A stretch of 64,000 bases of DNA from Bacillota bacterium. GTDB lineage: Bacteria > Bacillota > Clostridia > Peptostreptococcales > Anaerovoracaceae. The stretch spans positions 1,429-65,428 of the forward strand of contig JARBUO010000011.1 in assembly GCA_029239605.1 (NCBI GenBank), in the 5' to 3' direction. The notes below the pieces were generated by a model. It was not told the DNA's origin. It saw only the letters and a list, made by a program, of their open reading frames with translations, and ran no database searches. How positions within the stretch are numbered: the stretch's first letter is position 1; each line of letters begins with the position of its first letter. The position numbers and the translations under genes were made by a program. Below are positions 1-9,957 of the stretch, piece after piece.

Positions 1-339
1 TCCTACCGTTACACCTGCATGAGTAGCGCAGATTTTCACGTTGGCCTTTGTATAACCGATGGAGTTTCTGATAATTTCAAAGGCTCTTCCTGCCGCGAAC
101 ATCGCAAAGGTGCTCGCAAAGACAGTTTTTCCGGAATGTGCGATTCCCGCAGCTACTCCATAGAGATTCTGCTCTGAGATACCCATATTGAAGAAACGCT
201 CTGGATACTTACCGGCAAATACTGCTGTCATTGTTGATTTGGACAGGTCTGCATCAAGAACTACGATATTTTGATTTTTTTCACCAAGCTCCGCGAGAAC
301 CTCTCCATAAGCCTGTCTGGTAGCCATTTTCTCTGACAT
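1..339 (-). CDS. tkt: Transketolase C-terminal subunit (partial, runs off window start)
   Basis: Manual translation from ATG at 339: MSEKMATRQAYGE...VVLDADLSKST...RFFNMGISEQNL...STFAMF; start overlaps TAA of upstream subunit (TAATG). Confidence 0.93.
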   Translation of the reverse strand, partial: MSEKMATRQAYGEVLAELGEKNQNIVVLDADLSKSTMTAVFAGKYPERFFNMGISEQNLYGVAAGIAHSGKTVFASTFAMFAAGRAFEIIRNSIGYTKANVKICATHAGVTVG

Positions 340-1169
340 TACCACTCACCTCCCAGTTCTTCTACTGCTTGTTTGGCTTCTTCCTCATTCGGTGCCTTGC
401 CATGCCAGCCTGCTTTGCCTTCCATATAGGAAACGCCTTTGCCCTTCAGTGTCTTAGCAACGATCATTGTAGGCTTGCCTTCCTGTTTCCGTGCCTCTGC
501 AAGCGCTTCCGTAATCTCTTTCATCGAATGTCCGTCAACATGAATCACATGGAAGCCAAAGCTCTTAAATTTTTCATCGACGGGACTGACTGTGATAACA
601 TCTTCATTTTTTCCGTCTATCTGAAGACCATTCCAGTCCACAATTGCAACAAGATTATCCAATTTATAATGAGCTGCAGCCATGGCAGCTTCCCAGATAA
701 TTCCTTCCTGTAATTCTCCGTCTCCTAACAGGGCATAGACTCTGCCCGGGTTTTTGTCCAGTTTATTGGCAATTGCCATCCCCACAGAAGCAGAAAAGCC
801 CTGTCCAAGAGATCCTGTTGACATTTCCACACCGGGAACCTTTTTCATATCAGGATGTCCCTGAAGGATGGAACCAAATCTTCTAAAGCCTGTCAGCTCC
901 TCTGTCGGGAAAAAGCCTCTGTGAGCCAGTGTTGCATATAGAACGGGAGAAGCATGACCTTTCGAAAGCACAAATTTGTCGCGGCCGTATTTTTTCGGTT
1001 CCGCGGGATCGACGTTCATTTCATGAAAGTAGAGAACTGTCATGATGTCTGCTGCGGAAAGGGAACCTCCCGGGTGACCGGAATTGGCATGAAATGTTTC
1101 TTTAACAATATCAACCCGGATATTCCGTGCGACTTTCTCCAATTGTTGGTAGTCGATATTCATTCTCAT
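339..1169 (-). CDS. tkt: Transketolase N-terminal (TPP-binding) subunit; true start may be ATG at 1163
   Basis: SGHPGGSLS, LSKGH, STGSLGQG and GDGE...N TPP-binding motifs. Confidence 0.95.
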   Translation of the reverse strand: MRMNIDYQQLEKVARNIRVDIVKETFHANSGHPGGSLSAADIMTVLYFHEMNVDPAEPKKYGRDKFVLSKGHASPVLYATLAHRGFFPTEELTGFRRFGSILQGHPDMKKVPGVEMSTGSLGQGFSASVGMAIANKLDKNPGRVYALLGDGELQEGIIWEAAMAAAHYKLDNLVAIVDWNGLQIDGKNEDVITVSPVDEKFKSFGFHVIHVDGHSMKEITEALAEARKQEGKPTMIVAKTLKGKGVSYMEGKAGWHGKAPNEEEAKQAVEELGGEW

Positions 1170-1936
1170 TTTCCTCCTTTTAATTTACTGAGTAGAACCT
1201 TTATCATGAAAAGCGGCAGTGCCGCCATTCTTTTGTACCTGCTTGGCTGCTGGATAAAACGATACAGCCATTCGAGCCCATGATTGCGATAGAACTCCGG
1301 AGCCCGTTTCAACGTGCCTGCCCAAACATCAAGACTGCCTCCCACTCCTATGGCAGCTTTCACCTTCAGTTGATTTCGATTCTGAAACACAAATTTTTCC
1401 TGCTTGGGCGATCCCAAGGCAGCACAAAGAAAATCTGCGCCTGATTCATTAATTTTTTTCACAAGCGCTTCTTCTTCTGCCTCTTTGAAATATCCGTGAT
1501 GAATCCCCGCAATATTCAAATTTGTGTATTTTTCCTTGATTTTTTCAGCTGCCTGTTCGGCGACCCCCAGGGTGCTGCCGTCTCCCGGCTTGCTGCCGAG
1601 GAAGAAGATAGACTGTCCCGTTTCCTCCAAATATCCCAGGATTGCGCTTAAGAAATCAATTCCCGTGACACGTTCTTTTAGCGGCATTCCCATAATTCGA
1701 GAGGCATAAACCAAACCGATTCCATCTGGTATGACCAGATCTGCCTGTTCAATAATCTCTTTCAGCTCCTTGTCTTTGGCCGCATTTACTATAATCTCAG
1801 AATTCGGTGTTACGATTTGACTGCAGTCCACTGTACTCATTAGCTTCTTGAAAATTTCCATAGCTGCAGAGTATTCTACCATATCAACCGGTATATCCAA
1901 AATCCTTATTCGTCTGTTACTTGGCATTCTTACCAT
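1166..1936 (-). CDS. tagA: WecB/TagA/CpsF family glycosyltransferase (N-acetylmannosaminyltransferase)
   Basis: VTPNSE, PDGIG, RVTGID, LGSPKQE, GVGGSLD, RAP, GLEWLYR motifs. Confidence 0.92.
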   Translation of the reverse strand: MVRMPSNRRIRILDIPVDMVEYSAAMEIFKKLMSTVDCSQIVTPNSEIIVNAAKDKELKEIIEQADLVIPDGIGLVYASRIMGMPLKERVTGIDFLSAILGYLEETGQSIFFLGSKPGDGSTLGVAEQAAEKIKEKYTNLNIAGIHHGYFKEAEEEALVKKINESGADFLCAALGSPKQEKFVFQNRNQLKVKAAIGVGGSLDVWAGTLKRAPEFYRNHGLEWLYRFIQQPSRYKRMAALPLFMIKVLLSKLKGGK

Positions 1937-1960
1937 TCCTCTTCCATCATTTTATCGCAA

Positions 1961-3061
1961 TTACTTCTGATTTATTAATTCTTTTATTAATTCTTCATTG
2001 GTGTCCAATTTCTGTATGAGCAGTTCAATCCGCTTGCGCACCTTGTTTCTGATAGTCTCTGCATTTGCCACCGTTTTATCGAACTCTTCCAGGAAAAACT
2101 CGCTTTTAAAGTCATACATCGAACACATGGCTTTCATGTCCATAGAATGCATAAAGGAGTTGATTTTAGGATCATAAGAGACGGCAATCATTGGCACATC
2201 CATGATTGCTGCGTGAATCAGCGCATGAAGGCGCACCCCTACCAGAACATCCATATTTCCAATAATGCTCAGCATTTCATTGGTCAGGTATTTATGCTTG
2301 ATGCAGAAAACATCTTTCCCAAGTCTTCTTTCCAGTTCTTCAATTACTGCCATGTCTTCGGAAAAATGAAAGGGAATTAAAACAATTTGTGCCTGATATT
2401 CATCAATCAGCCTTCGTATGGCGAGGCAAAGCTCGTCCACGAAATTGCTGTCAATCTTCTTTTCTCTAATGGCAAAGCCTACAGTCAGTCTGTTCTCCTG
2501 CGCACAGAACCCCTCTTCTTTCAGAATGTTTCTGCCAAGAGTAAGGTCTGCCTTCTTAACCCGCAGAACCGGATCAGCGGTGACATGAATCTGACTCCCC
2601 TTAACTCCGATTTCAATCAGCAGCTCTTTCGATGCTTCATCCCGGACGACGATCCCGTCCACCTTCTTTAAAGTGGAGGCTGTCAGTCCTCGATTCAGTT
2701 TTGAGAGGATCGGACCGATCCCCTGACTGTAGATAAAGACCTTTTTCCGGAAAAAGAATGCAGACCACATGATCATCAGATAGTAGAGAATACTCTTTTT
2801 ACTCGTTACATCCTGTAAGAGGCTTCCCCCTCCGCTAATCAACAGGTCACATTTCCGTACCGCATTCAAAATCGATGATATGGATTTGCGGTTAACGGAT
2901 TTTACACCATACTTTTGAGCGGTGAATTCCGGATTTCGGGAAAGCACCGTGATCTCTATCTCTTTCAGCCTGCCGCGAAGATTATCCACAACCGCCTGGA
3001 GGATGGATTCATCTCCGATATTGTTAAATCCGTAATATCCGGAAATCAGTATTCGAACCAT
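1961..3061 (-). CDS. csaB: Polysaccharide pyruvyl transferase CsaB
   Basis: SGYYGFNNIGDE, SGGGSLLQD, QGIGP, VRD, RLHALI, YDPK motifs; next to tagA. Confidence 0.93.
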   Translation of the reverse strand: MVRILISGYYGFNNIGDESILQAVVDNLRGRLKEIEITVLSRNPEFTAQKYGVKSVNRKSISSILNAVRKCDLLISGGGSLLQDVTSKKSILYYLMIMWSAFFFRKKVFIYSQGIGPILSKLNRGLTASTLKKVDGIVVRDEASKELLIEIGVKGSQIHVTADPVLRVKKADLTLGRNILKEEGFCAQENRLTVGFAIREKKIDSNFVDELCLAIRRLIDEYQAQIVLIPFHFSEDMAVIEELERRLGKDVFCIKHKYLTNEMLSIIGNMDVLVGVRLHALIHAAIMDVPMIAVSYDPKINSFMHSMDMKAMCSMYDFKSEFFLEEFDKTVANAETIRNKVRKRIELLIQKLDTNEELIKELINQK

Positions 3062-5235
3062 TAAAATGTCTGCCTTTCCAACTTCTTATAGAGCTTATGT
3101 CCTATTTCAAATACAATGATCCCAATGATCCCGATGATAATACCAAACAGCAGCGAGTAACCTGTTCTTGCAAATCCCAGATAGAGCGGGCTTCTGATAT
3201 GCATAAAGGTATTTGCAACGGAAGTCATTCCAATGACGGAAGCCAGTCCGAACAAAATAGGCCACAGAGGGAACCGTCTGACGGAAGTATAAACCAGCAT
3301 CATCACTGCCGGGAATGCAAACAGGAATTCTTTGCTCCTTGGCCGTGCAATCAGATGATCCTCCAGTGTATTTCTAAATAGCATTTCCATGGCAGAAACC
3401 TGTACGGAAGACTCATTTCCGGTTCTGCTGATATAGTAATAACCAAGGGCGAGCAAGCAGATACCCAGCAATACCATCCAGACCTTGATACTTGCATTCA
3501 TCATATCACGCAGATCAAGATATTCCAGAGTGCCCGGACGCTTCTTGCTTCCTCCGAAGCCGTAATATGCAAGGTATGCAACCGCAAAGAAAGCAAGCGG
3601 CAGCAGCTGCGCAGCTTTCACTCCGCGGAAGATATCAATTTCAAGCAGATAATTTATGGACGAAATCGGTGCTGCAGTCATGATAGCGCCGAGAAGAGAA
3701 AGAGCAATACTGATGATCACTGTTACAATTCCCAGTCCGATAAGTTTTGTCAAAGCTGCATCCTTTTCCAGACCGTCCGTATATTCCTTACTTTGTTTCA
3801 CGAGGTAAGAGGTAGCAAGACACGGGAAAATAACCGCCGCCGCAAATGACGTAATTAATTCTGCATAGTGCGGCATCACGAAATATGCTCCTGCAGCCCC
3901 CAGCGCTCCTAAAGCAAACAGCGCTAATTTTAGTTTTCGACCCATTGGCAAAATCGTCTGAACCAGAAGGATAACCGCAGCCACACAGCCAACAGCCATC
4001 GCCAGTTTTAAAATACGGTTGACCTGATAGTCATCCATCACAGATGCCTTATCTCCGAACTGGATTCCATGCTCATTCAGCCTTTGTTCCAGGTTGGAGA
4101 ACATCATTCTGTATTCTTCAGGATCCGTTACATAGACATGCTGATCCTTGAATTCTTTGATGGGTTTATAATAGATGAGACGAATATTGCGCTCCACAAC
4201 AGCACGAAACAGCGTATTTTCGATTTCCTTTGCCCCTTCATATCCGTAATACTGATATCGGTTCTGGATATAGTCCCAGACACTGAAGATACGAACTGCA
4301 TCGTAACCGGTCTTTTTTACGGTTTCATCCACACCGAACTGGAGAATGTTCTGACGCTGAGTCGTATTTTCGATCAGACCAAGCGTTACATTATTTTCTT
4401 TCAGGTAGTTATATACTGTATCGATTCCATCATCATAACCGATGATGCTTTCGCCCCCCACAATCATGTATTCCGGTTTGACGCCCATTTCCTTATAGCT
4501 GTTAATCACTGCCCTGGCGTAATCCGCATCATTCCAGCCTTTATAGCTGGCAGTTCTGGGGATGATATCCATGCCTGCAGCATTTACAATGTCAAGTTTC
4601 GCGGGAAGAATCCCCAAATTCAGATACATCAGCTTGGAACTGATGATTTCATCCTTCTCAATAAAACCCTTCTTACTGATGCTGCTCATGTACTTATATG
4701 TTTCCGTATAGAGCGTCTCCTTGGCACTGCCATTTAAAACAATCAGGCCGCCGTTTTCACTTTCATACGTAAAATATTTTTCTGCCTGATAACGCTCACT
4801 TATGGCGTTTGTAACAAAATCAAAGGCTTCTTTGGAAGCCGCTTCGATTAACACGTCATATTCGTCGAATCCATTCTCCTTGAGCTGTTCAATAAAGCTG
4901 GCTGGATATTGAGCCTCCCAATCTGCTTCCTTCATAATCTGGTACATGATCTCAGCACTGACGGGCATGTCGGTGTTTTCCATCAGACTTACCATATTCT
5001 CTTCTGCAAGTCCCACTTTTGTAATGCCCATGCTTTTAAATTCTTTCAGCCACCAGGACACATCATGATCCGATTGCTTTGCCATAGCCTCCAGCTCATT
5101 GTAATCCAGGACAATATCATACGTTTTGTTCTGATTTTCTACAGAAATTCTACCCCCGATTGCGACAACTGAAACAAGAACGGCAAGCGCGATAATAAGC
5201 AGCAAGACCTTGTTTTCCCTGAATAATAATTTCAT
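3061..5235 (-). CDS. DUF5693-like membrane protein (large extracytoplasmic domain plus multi-TM C-terminus)
   Basis: RAVVERNIR, FRGVK, RPRSKEFL and NTFMH motifs; stop overlaps csaB start. Confidence 0.75.
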   Translation of the reverse strand: MKLLFRENKVLLLIIALAVLVSVVAIGGRISVENQNKTYDIVLDYNELEAMAKQSDHDVSWWLKEFKSMGITKVGLAEENMVSLMENTDMPVSAEIMYQIMKEADWEAQYPASFIEQLKENGFDEYDVLIEAASKEAFDFVTNAISERYQAEKYFTYESENGGLIVLNGSAKETLYTETYKYMSSISKKGFIEKDEIISSKLMYLNLGILPAKLDIVNAAGMDIIPRTASYKGWNDADYARAVINSYKEMGVKPEYMIVGGESIIGYDDGIDTVYNYLKENNVTLGLIENTTQRQNILQFGVDETVKKTGYDAVRIFSVWDYIQNRYQYYGYEGAKEIENTLFRAVVERNIRLIYYKPIKEFKDQHVYVTDPEEYRMMFSNLEQRLNEHGIQFGDKASVMDDYQVNRILKLAMAVGCVAAVILLVQTILPMGRKLKLALFALGALGAAGAYFVMPHYAELITSFAAAVIFPCLATSYLVKQSKEYTDGLEKDAALTKLIGLGIVTVIISIALSLLGAIMTAAPISSINYLLEIDIFRGVKAAQLLPLAFFAVAYLAYYGFGGSKKRPGTLEYLDLRDMMNASIKVWMVLLGICLLALGYYYISRTGNESSVQVSAMEMLFRNTLEDHLIARPRSKEFLFAFPAVMMLVYTSVRRFPLWPILFGLASVIGMTSVANTFMHIRSPLYLGFARTGYSLLFGIIIGIIGIIVFEIGHKLYKKLERQTF

Positions 5236-5453
5236 CCCCTGTATTTTCCTTCCTAAAATTATGTATGTATTCGTTGCTGGGTCTAATACTCTGTAATGCT
5301 TAAATTTAGGGATTACAGAATACCAGCATCAGTTGAGGAACTGCACGACCGGTGCAGTGATGCCGATGCTATAACATTGTACCTTTTTTTTTCCTTGTAG
5401 TAAATAGGATGAGAACAAACTGAGAATTTTAATAAAATTTTACTGAAAATCAT

Positions 5454-5495
5454 AAAAAGAGCCTCCGGCAGACCATGGGAAACCGGAGGCTTTTC
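5454..5495 (-). terminator. Intrinsic terminator of the metallophosphoesterase gene
   Basis: AGCCTCCGG...CCGGAGGCT stem flanked by A/T tracts. Confidence 0.7.
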
Positions 5496-5568
5496 TACTC
5501 AAAGTTCTTCGCAGGGCTCTTCTTAAAGTTCTTCTTGGCATTCTTTTGGAATTAAATTTTGAAAAATG

Positions 5569-8397
5569 CTATTGAATCCTAATTTTTTGACCCGGATAGA
5601 TTAGATTAGGATTTAGGAGATGATTAATCTCTGCAAGCTCTTTCCATGTACAGTTGTACTTCAGTGCAATTTTCCAGAGAACATCACCGGCTGCAACGGT
5701 ATAATAAGCGGAATCCATCGATAATGGTACAACATTCACAGGGGTCTGTGTCAGTGAAAAGCCAGCGCCTTCTCTTTCTCCGTATCCGCTGCTGCTTAGG
5801 GATTTGGGAATCACGAATTCATCTGCAATCTTCCACGCTTCCCAATTCTCCGGATCAGCCTTCTGCATTGAAGTGACCTTGATTCCGTCCTCAGAAACGG
5901 TGACAAAGTTGACTGTCTGCTGATCTTCCTCATCGTGGTACGAGTCTGTGAAATACTTTGATCTGTCTAGATATTCATAATATTTATTGCCCACTGTTCC
6001 GCCGGTAATATAGGTTGTGCCTTCACCAGGAGGAACCTTTTGATCGTTTTTGACTGTGCCTCTGATATAAATGTGGTCGTGTCCGTTCAAAAACAAGTCT
6101 ACCTTCATATCGTCGATGGCATCGATGAGATACGGCCGCACTTCCATGGGGTCATGGTTTGATGTGTATGGGCCTGCATGGGCAACCATGATTCTCCACT
6201 TTTTATCTGATTTTTCAAAGTATCCTTTCGCCCAATCCAGTTGTTTTTTCAGAATTTCCGGTTTTTCAGCAGGAGGCGTTACTTCAGTATTAATGATTAC
6301 AAAACATGCATCACCGTATTCCATAGCACCGATGGTGTTGTCAAATGCTGTTCCTGCGTCTCCTCCCGGCAGGTTAAAACGCCCTGCAAAGTTTATGAAG
6401 TTCCAGTCACCCTTCATTTCATGGTTGCCTGGTATGGTAATGCTGGGGTACTTTGAGAAGTAGTCTCCCATAACCTCGAAGCATGCATCCCATTCACTTG
6501 ATTTATATCCGTCCTGCGTAATATCTCCCGCAATAAGAAAGAACTCCATTTTTTCAAGCTTTGTCAGTGCAAAGTCCATTGATTTCTGAAATGATTCATA
6601 GTCTTCCGTACTAACAGACTGTGGATCTGAGACGAACAGGAAGGAGAATGCATCGGCAGCCTTGTCAGACGGGGCTTTGAATTCTTTTTCCGGACTCATG
6701 AACGTCTTGCCGTCACCGACGGAGTAAACATAAATTGTGTCGGGCTTTAGGCCTTCGAGCGTCACCTGATGGGTATTTTTTTCCTTCCAGCCCTTGGTGA
6801 CTGCGGTCAGAAAGCTCCTTCCTTCCTTTGACGTCCACTCAGATCCACCCTTTACTTTATATTTAATTACAGTTTCATCAATCTCCGGAACCGTCAGCCA
6901 GCTAAACCGCAGCGAACCCTGCTCAGAACCTACTGTCATTGTAATCTGAGAAGGTTCCCCAAGGATTCTGCCGTCATCTACATAAACCGAGACTGGGAAT
7001 TGGCTGTAATACGGATAAGTAACTGTACTTCCGGCTGTTTCAGCTTTAATATAATAGAAAATATATTCTGCTTTGTCTGTGGGAAGCTGTGCTGTATATC
7101 TACCGTCAGCCGTCAGGTTCATTTTGACATGGTCAGTGAACTTCGTTCCGTCCGGGCCATAACCGTAAAACAGGCTGACGGAGGTTACCGTTTCCGGTGA
7201 TAAGACCTTGGCGGTAATCATGGTTTTTTCATGAAGCTTTGCAGTATTCATCGGCGAGCTAATGATGCTCGTTGTTTTTATCGTATAATCAACTGCAATA
7301 TTGGTGATTTCAGAGGAAAATCTTTTTAATATAGGATAGCCGCCGGAGGCTGTGGTTTTCCAATCCCAAATACTGCTGAAGTCCCATCCCAGATCAAGGT
7401 AGGTCTCTTTGCTGCTGATCTTTTCTGTAGAAGCAGTTTCAAAATATACCCGATTTGGCCTTTCAGCGGGACCGTTTCCGATCATTTGAGTTCCTTCCCA
7501 GGCATAATTGTTGTTGATATTAATACCACTTTCATCGTTAAGCTGTCCAACTATACGGTCCGTGTCCCTGGCACCGGTAATTATGGACTGCGCCGCTACG
7601 CAGTTTTCAAGGTGGTCTCCCGCATTAAAGGATCCAACGATTCCGCCTGCCATACCGTTTGGAGCATTGGACGTGACCGTTCCCAGTGCAAAGCACTTGC
7701 CGATATAACCGCCGCCATCCTGTATTCCTGCGATGCCGCCTACGTCGTAGGGTGCGACAACGTCTGCGTTGATAAAGCAGTTTTCAACTCTCCCCATTAC
7801 AGGTCCTTCGCCTTCTTTTACCTTTCCTGCAACAGCACCGCCGGTATGAGAGTTGGATAGATTATCGACAACAACTCTACCCGTTACAATGCAGTTTGTA
7901 ATAGTACCATAGTTAACCCCGGTCAGCCCTCCGACATTTTGCTGGCCGATAATGTCACAATTGATTAAGGCGAGGTTTTTAATATATGCCGGTTGGTTTT
8001 CGTTTCCGATATAACCAAAAAGGCCAACATATTTTTGGGGATAATGTACTTTTAAGTTTTTAATCATATGAAATTGACCGTCAAAGGTTCCGATAAAGCC
8101 TGATTCTTTTTCAGAAGCGATGGGAATGAAATCCTCAAAAGCTGACATGTCAATATCTGCAGTCAGAACATAGTGTCCGTCACGGGGCGCCCCATCTTTC
8201 CAATCACCAGACATATACATGATATGTTCCGGTTTGCTGACCTCGTAGACGTTCTCTACAGCATTATACAAAGGTGCCTCATAAGCTATTTCCGGTTCGC
8301 TGTCTGCACTTGTGTCTGCGGCAAATACCGGAAACGAACTGAGAGAAAAAAGCATAAAAGAAGTCAGAACTGCGCTGATGACTTTTTTCACTTGCAT
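5569..8397 (-). CDS. Secreted GLUG-repeat / FN3-like / purple-acid-phosphatase-type metallophosphoesterase with C-terminal LysM
   Basis: Start reassigned to ATG 8397 (GGAGG RBS, signal peptide); FDGQFH/VGG GLUG repeats; DPQ, GDIT, GNHE, H, GHDH metallophosphoesterase motifs; LysM YTVAAGDVLWKIA...NPNLIYPGQ. Confidence 0.82.
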   Translation of the reverse strand: MQVKKVISAVLTSFMLFSLSSFPVFAADTSADSEPEIAYEAPLYNAVENVYEVSKPEHIMYMSGDWKDGAPRDGHYVLTADIDMSAFEDFIPIASEKESGFIGTFDGQFHMIKNLKVHYPQKYVGLFGYIGNENQPAYIKNLALINCDIIGQQNVGGLTGVNYGTITNCIVTGRVVVDNLSNSHTGGAVAGKVKEGEGPVMGRVENCFINADVVAPYDVGGIAGIQDGGGYIGKCFALGTVTSNAPNGMAGGIVGSFNAGDHLENCVAAQSIITGARDTDRIVGQLNDESGININNNYAWEGTQMIGNGPAERPNRVYFETASTEKISSKETYLDLGWDFSSIWDWKTTASGGYPILKRFSSEITNIAVDYTIKTTSIISSPMNTAKLHEKTMITAKVLSPETVTSVSLFYGYGPDGTKFTDHVKMNLTADGRYTAQLPTDKAEYIFYYIKAETAGSTVTYPYYSQFPVSVYVDDGRILGEPSQITMTVGSEQGSLRFSWLTVPEIDETVIKYKVKGGSEWTSKEGRSFLTAVTKGWKEKNTHQVTLEGLKPDTIYVYSVGDGKTFMSPEKEFKAPSDKAADAFSFLFVSDPQSVSTEDYESFQKSMDFALTKLEKMEFFLIAGDITQDGYKSSEWDACFEVMGDYFSKYPSITIPGNHEMKGDWNFINFAGRFNLPGGDAGTAFDNTIGAMEYGDACFVIINTEVTPPAEKPEILKKQLDWAKGYFEKSDKKWRIMVAHAGPYTSNHDPMEVRPYLIDAIDDMKVDLFLNGHDHIYIRGTVKNDQKVPPGEGTTYITGGTVGNKYYEYLDRSKYFTDSYHDEEDQQTVNFVTVSEDGIKVTSMQKADPENWEAWKIADEFVIPKSLSSSGYGEREGAGFSLTQTPVNVVPLSMDSAYYTVAAGDVLWKIALKYNCTWKELAEINHLLNPNLIYPGQKIRIQ

Positions 8398-8686
8398 ATA
8401 TTTTCCTCCTTGATAAATAATACGGCGAAGACACGGCGGCGTCCGGCCATTCTTTACCGTCACAAAGCTGAGGCTGATAGCATGCATGCGCAAAAAAGTA
8501 ATTACTTTACGCAATCACTTTCAAAGGGAGTTTCTGACGAGTAGAATTAATGGTTCGAATGGGTTAAGAATTCATTATTGTTTCGCGCTGATTCGACGAA
8601 TCGGCGCATTTTTCCGTGCTGATTTAATACAGCTCCGCAGGCCTGAAACGGGTTGTTTGACAGCACAGAAGCATAGATACAAATTA

Positions 8687-8702
8687 TCGTAAACGTTTAC
8701 GA
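8687..8702. promoter_or_regulatory. Perfect 16-bp palindrome TCGTAAACGTTTACGA, LacI-family-like operator
   Basis: Central AAAC-GTTT typical of LacI-family sites; just downstream of the promoter at 8717-8745. Confidence 0.65.
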
Positions 8703-8716
8703 AACTTTTCAATATT

Positions 8717-8745
8717 ACCTTACATCAATTCATCAACGATGTCAA
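8717..8745 (-). promoter_or_regulatory. Sigma-A promoter of the metallophosphoesterase gene
   Basis: TTGACA-N17-TAAGGT on the minus strand. Confidence 0.55.
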
Positions 8746-8798
8746 GGAATTTGTCTTTGGTGCTATATGAATGAATTTTCATAAGAAGAAGTGCAATA

Positions 8799-8837
8799 GA
8801 AAAGGGCAATTGCGTATATTTCATACGCAATTGCCCC
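8799..8837 (-). terminator. Intrinsic terminator of the antitoxin-mazF-hypothetical unit
   Basis: 14-bp stem GGGCAATTGCGTAT/ATACGCAATTGCCC followed by TTTT on the minus strand. Confidence 0.8.
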
Positions 8838-8910
8838 GATCAGCATAAATGATTTCTATGCTGCTAAAGTTCTGATATTACAAGGAAAAACACATTTGTT
8901 TTCACTGTGT

Positions 8911-9339
8911 TCACTGTATTGTATAAGATCCTCTGACCATAACGTATGCTTCCGTTAGAGCCAGCAGTCCTCTCCCGTCGTTTCGAGGTATGAGCAGCAG
9001 ATGATTCAAGCCGATGCGTTGGCCGGTCATCAAATCAGCCCCTCCGGTTACATCGGAAACGCCGTTTGCACCATTATCAATGGCGGTGGCCTCACCGCTT
9101 CTCAGAATGATCTCGGTGCCTTCCCCTCCTATCATCCTTTGACCAGCAGTCAATTGAACTGCTTTATATGTCCCCGAAGATACGCCTCCGCTTTTCAGCT
9201 GGGCGATTTGGCTGTCAACATAGCTTTTGGTGACCACCGGATCACCTTCCGATCCCGGTGAGTCAGCGGCAGCCGCCGCAAAAACAGTCAAGGCAAATAC
9301 CGAAAATATGATAACCAACCCTGCTACAACTCTTTTCAT
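8911..9339 (-). CDS. Secreted/membrane-anchored hypothetical protein
   Basis: Signal-peptide-like N-terminus, PGSxxDPVVTKSYVD motif, GGAGG RBS, 9 nt downstream of mazF. Confidence 0.75.
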   Translation of the reverse strand: MKRVVAGLVIIFSVFALTVFAAAAADSPGSEGDPVVTKSYVDSQIAQLKSGGVSSGTYKAVQLTAGQRMIGGEGTEIILRSGEATAIDNGANGVSDVTGGADLMTGQRIGLNHLLLIPRNDGRGLLALTEAYVMVRGSYTIQ

Positions 9340-9348
9340 CTGTTCCTC

Positions 9349-9708
9349 CTAAAAATCTATCATCCCTAAACTGATTGTGAGCGCTTCATTTACTTCTGCT
9401 ATGATATCTTCATCGACTTTTCCAATTCTTTCTTTCAGTCGTTTTTTGTCAATTGTCCTGAGTTGTTCTGTCAATACGACAGAGTCTTTGTTTAAACCAT
9501 GCCCAAGTGCGCCAATTTCAACGTGTGTGGGCAGTTTTGCCTTGTTTATCTGGGAGGTAACCGCCGCTACGATTACCGTAGGGCTATATTTATTTCCAAT
9601 ATCATTCTGCACAATAAGAACCGGTCTTACTCCACCTTGTTCTGAGCCAATGACGGGACTTAGGTCTGCAAAAAAAATATCACCTTTCTTAACGATCAAG
9701 TCATTCAC
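9349..9708 (-). CDS. mazF: MazF/PemK (NdoA/EndoA) endoribonuclease toxin
   Basis: [31 protein letters not shown]...[11 protein letters not shown]. Confidence 0.96.
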   Translation of the reverse strand: MNDLIVKKGDIFFADLSPVIGSEQGGVRPVLIVQNDIGNKYSPTVIVAAVTSQINKAKLPTHVEIGALGHGLNKDSVVLTEQLRTIDKKRLKERIGKVDEDIIAEVNEALTISLGMIDF

Positions 9709-9863
9709 TCTCCACTAAATATTTTTTCCAGGTCTCTCCTGTCCTGATCAAGTCCTTCTTCAGAAAGACTGGCATTCAGAATTCCCATTTCTTGATATCC
9801 GGCTGTAATTTCGTTCATTCGTTCCAACGAAAAGCCGCTTCTCATAGTTGTAAAATCAAACAT
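9705..9863 (-). CDS. Short (52 aa) NdoAI/MazE-type antitoxin lacking the N-terminal RHH domain; not in ORF track
   Basis: Manual translation [52 protein letters not shown]; GYQEMxxLN toxin-binding motif; GAGGTG RBS; stop overlaps mazF GTG start. Confidence 0.8.
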   Translation of the reverse strand: MFDFTTMRSGFSLERMNEITAGYQEMGILNASLSEEGLDQDRRDLEKIFSGE

Positions 9864-9922
9864 TTGCTCACCTCATCCATTTTCTGCAACATCCAGTTTC
9901 CATAACAACGAGTACTATTTTT

Positions 9923-9952
9923 ATTATAATTCCTGATGAGTCAATGTGTCAA
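9923..9952 (-). promoter_or_regulatory. Sigma-A promoter of the toxin-antitoxin operon
   Basis: TTGACA-N18-TATAAT on the minus strand. Confidence 0.7.
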
Positions 9953-9957
9953 ATGCC

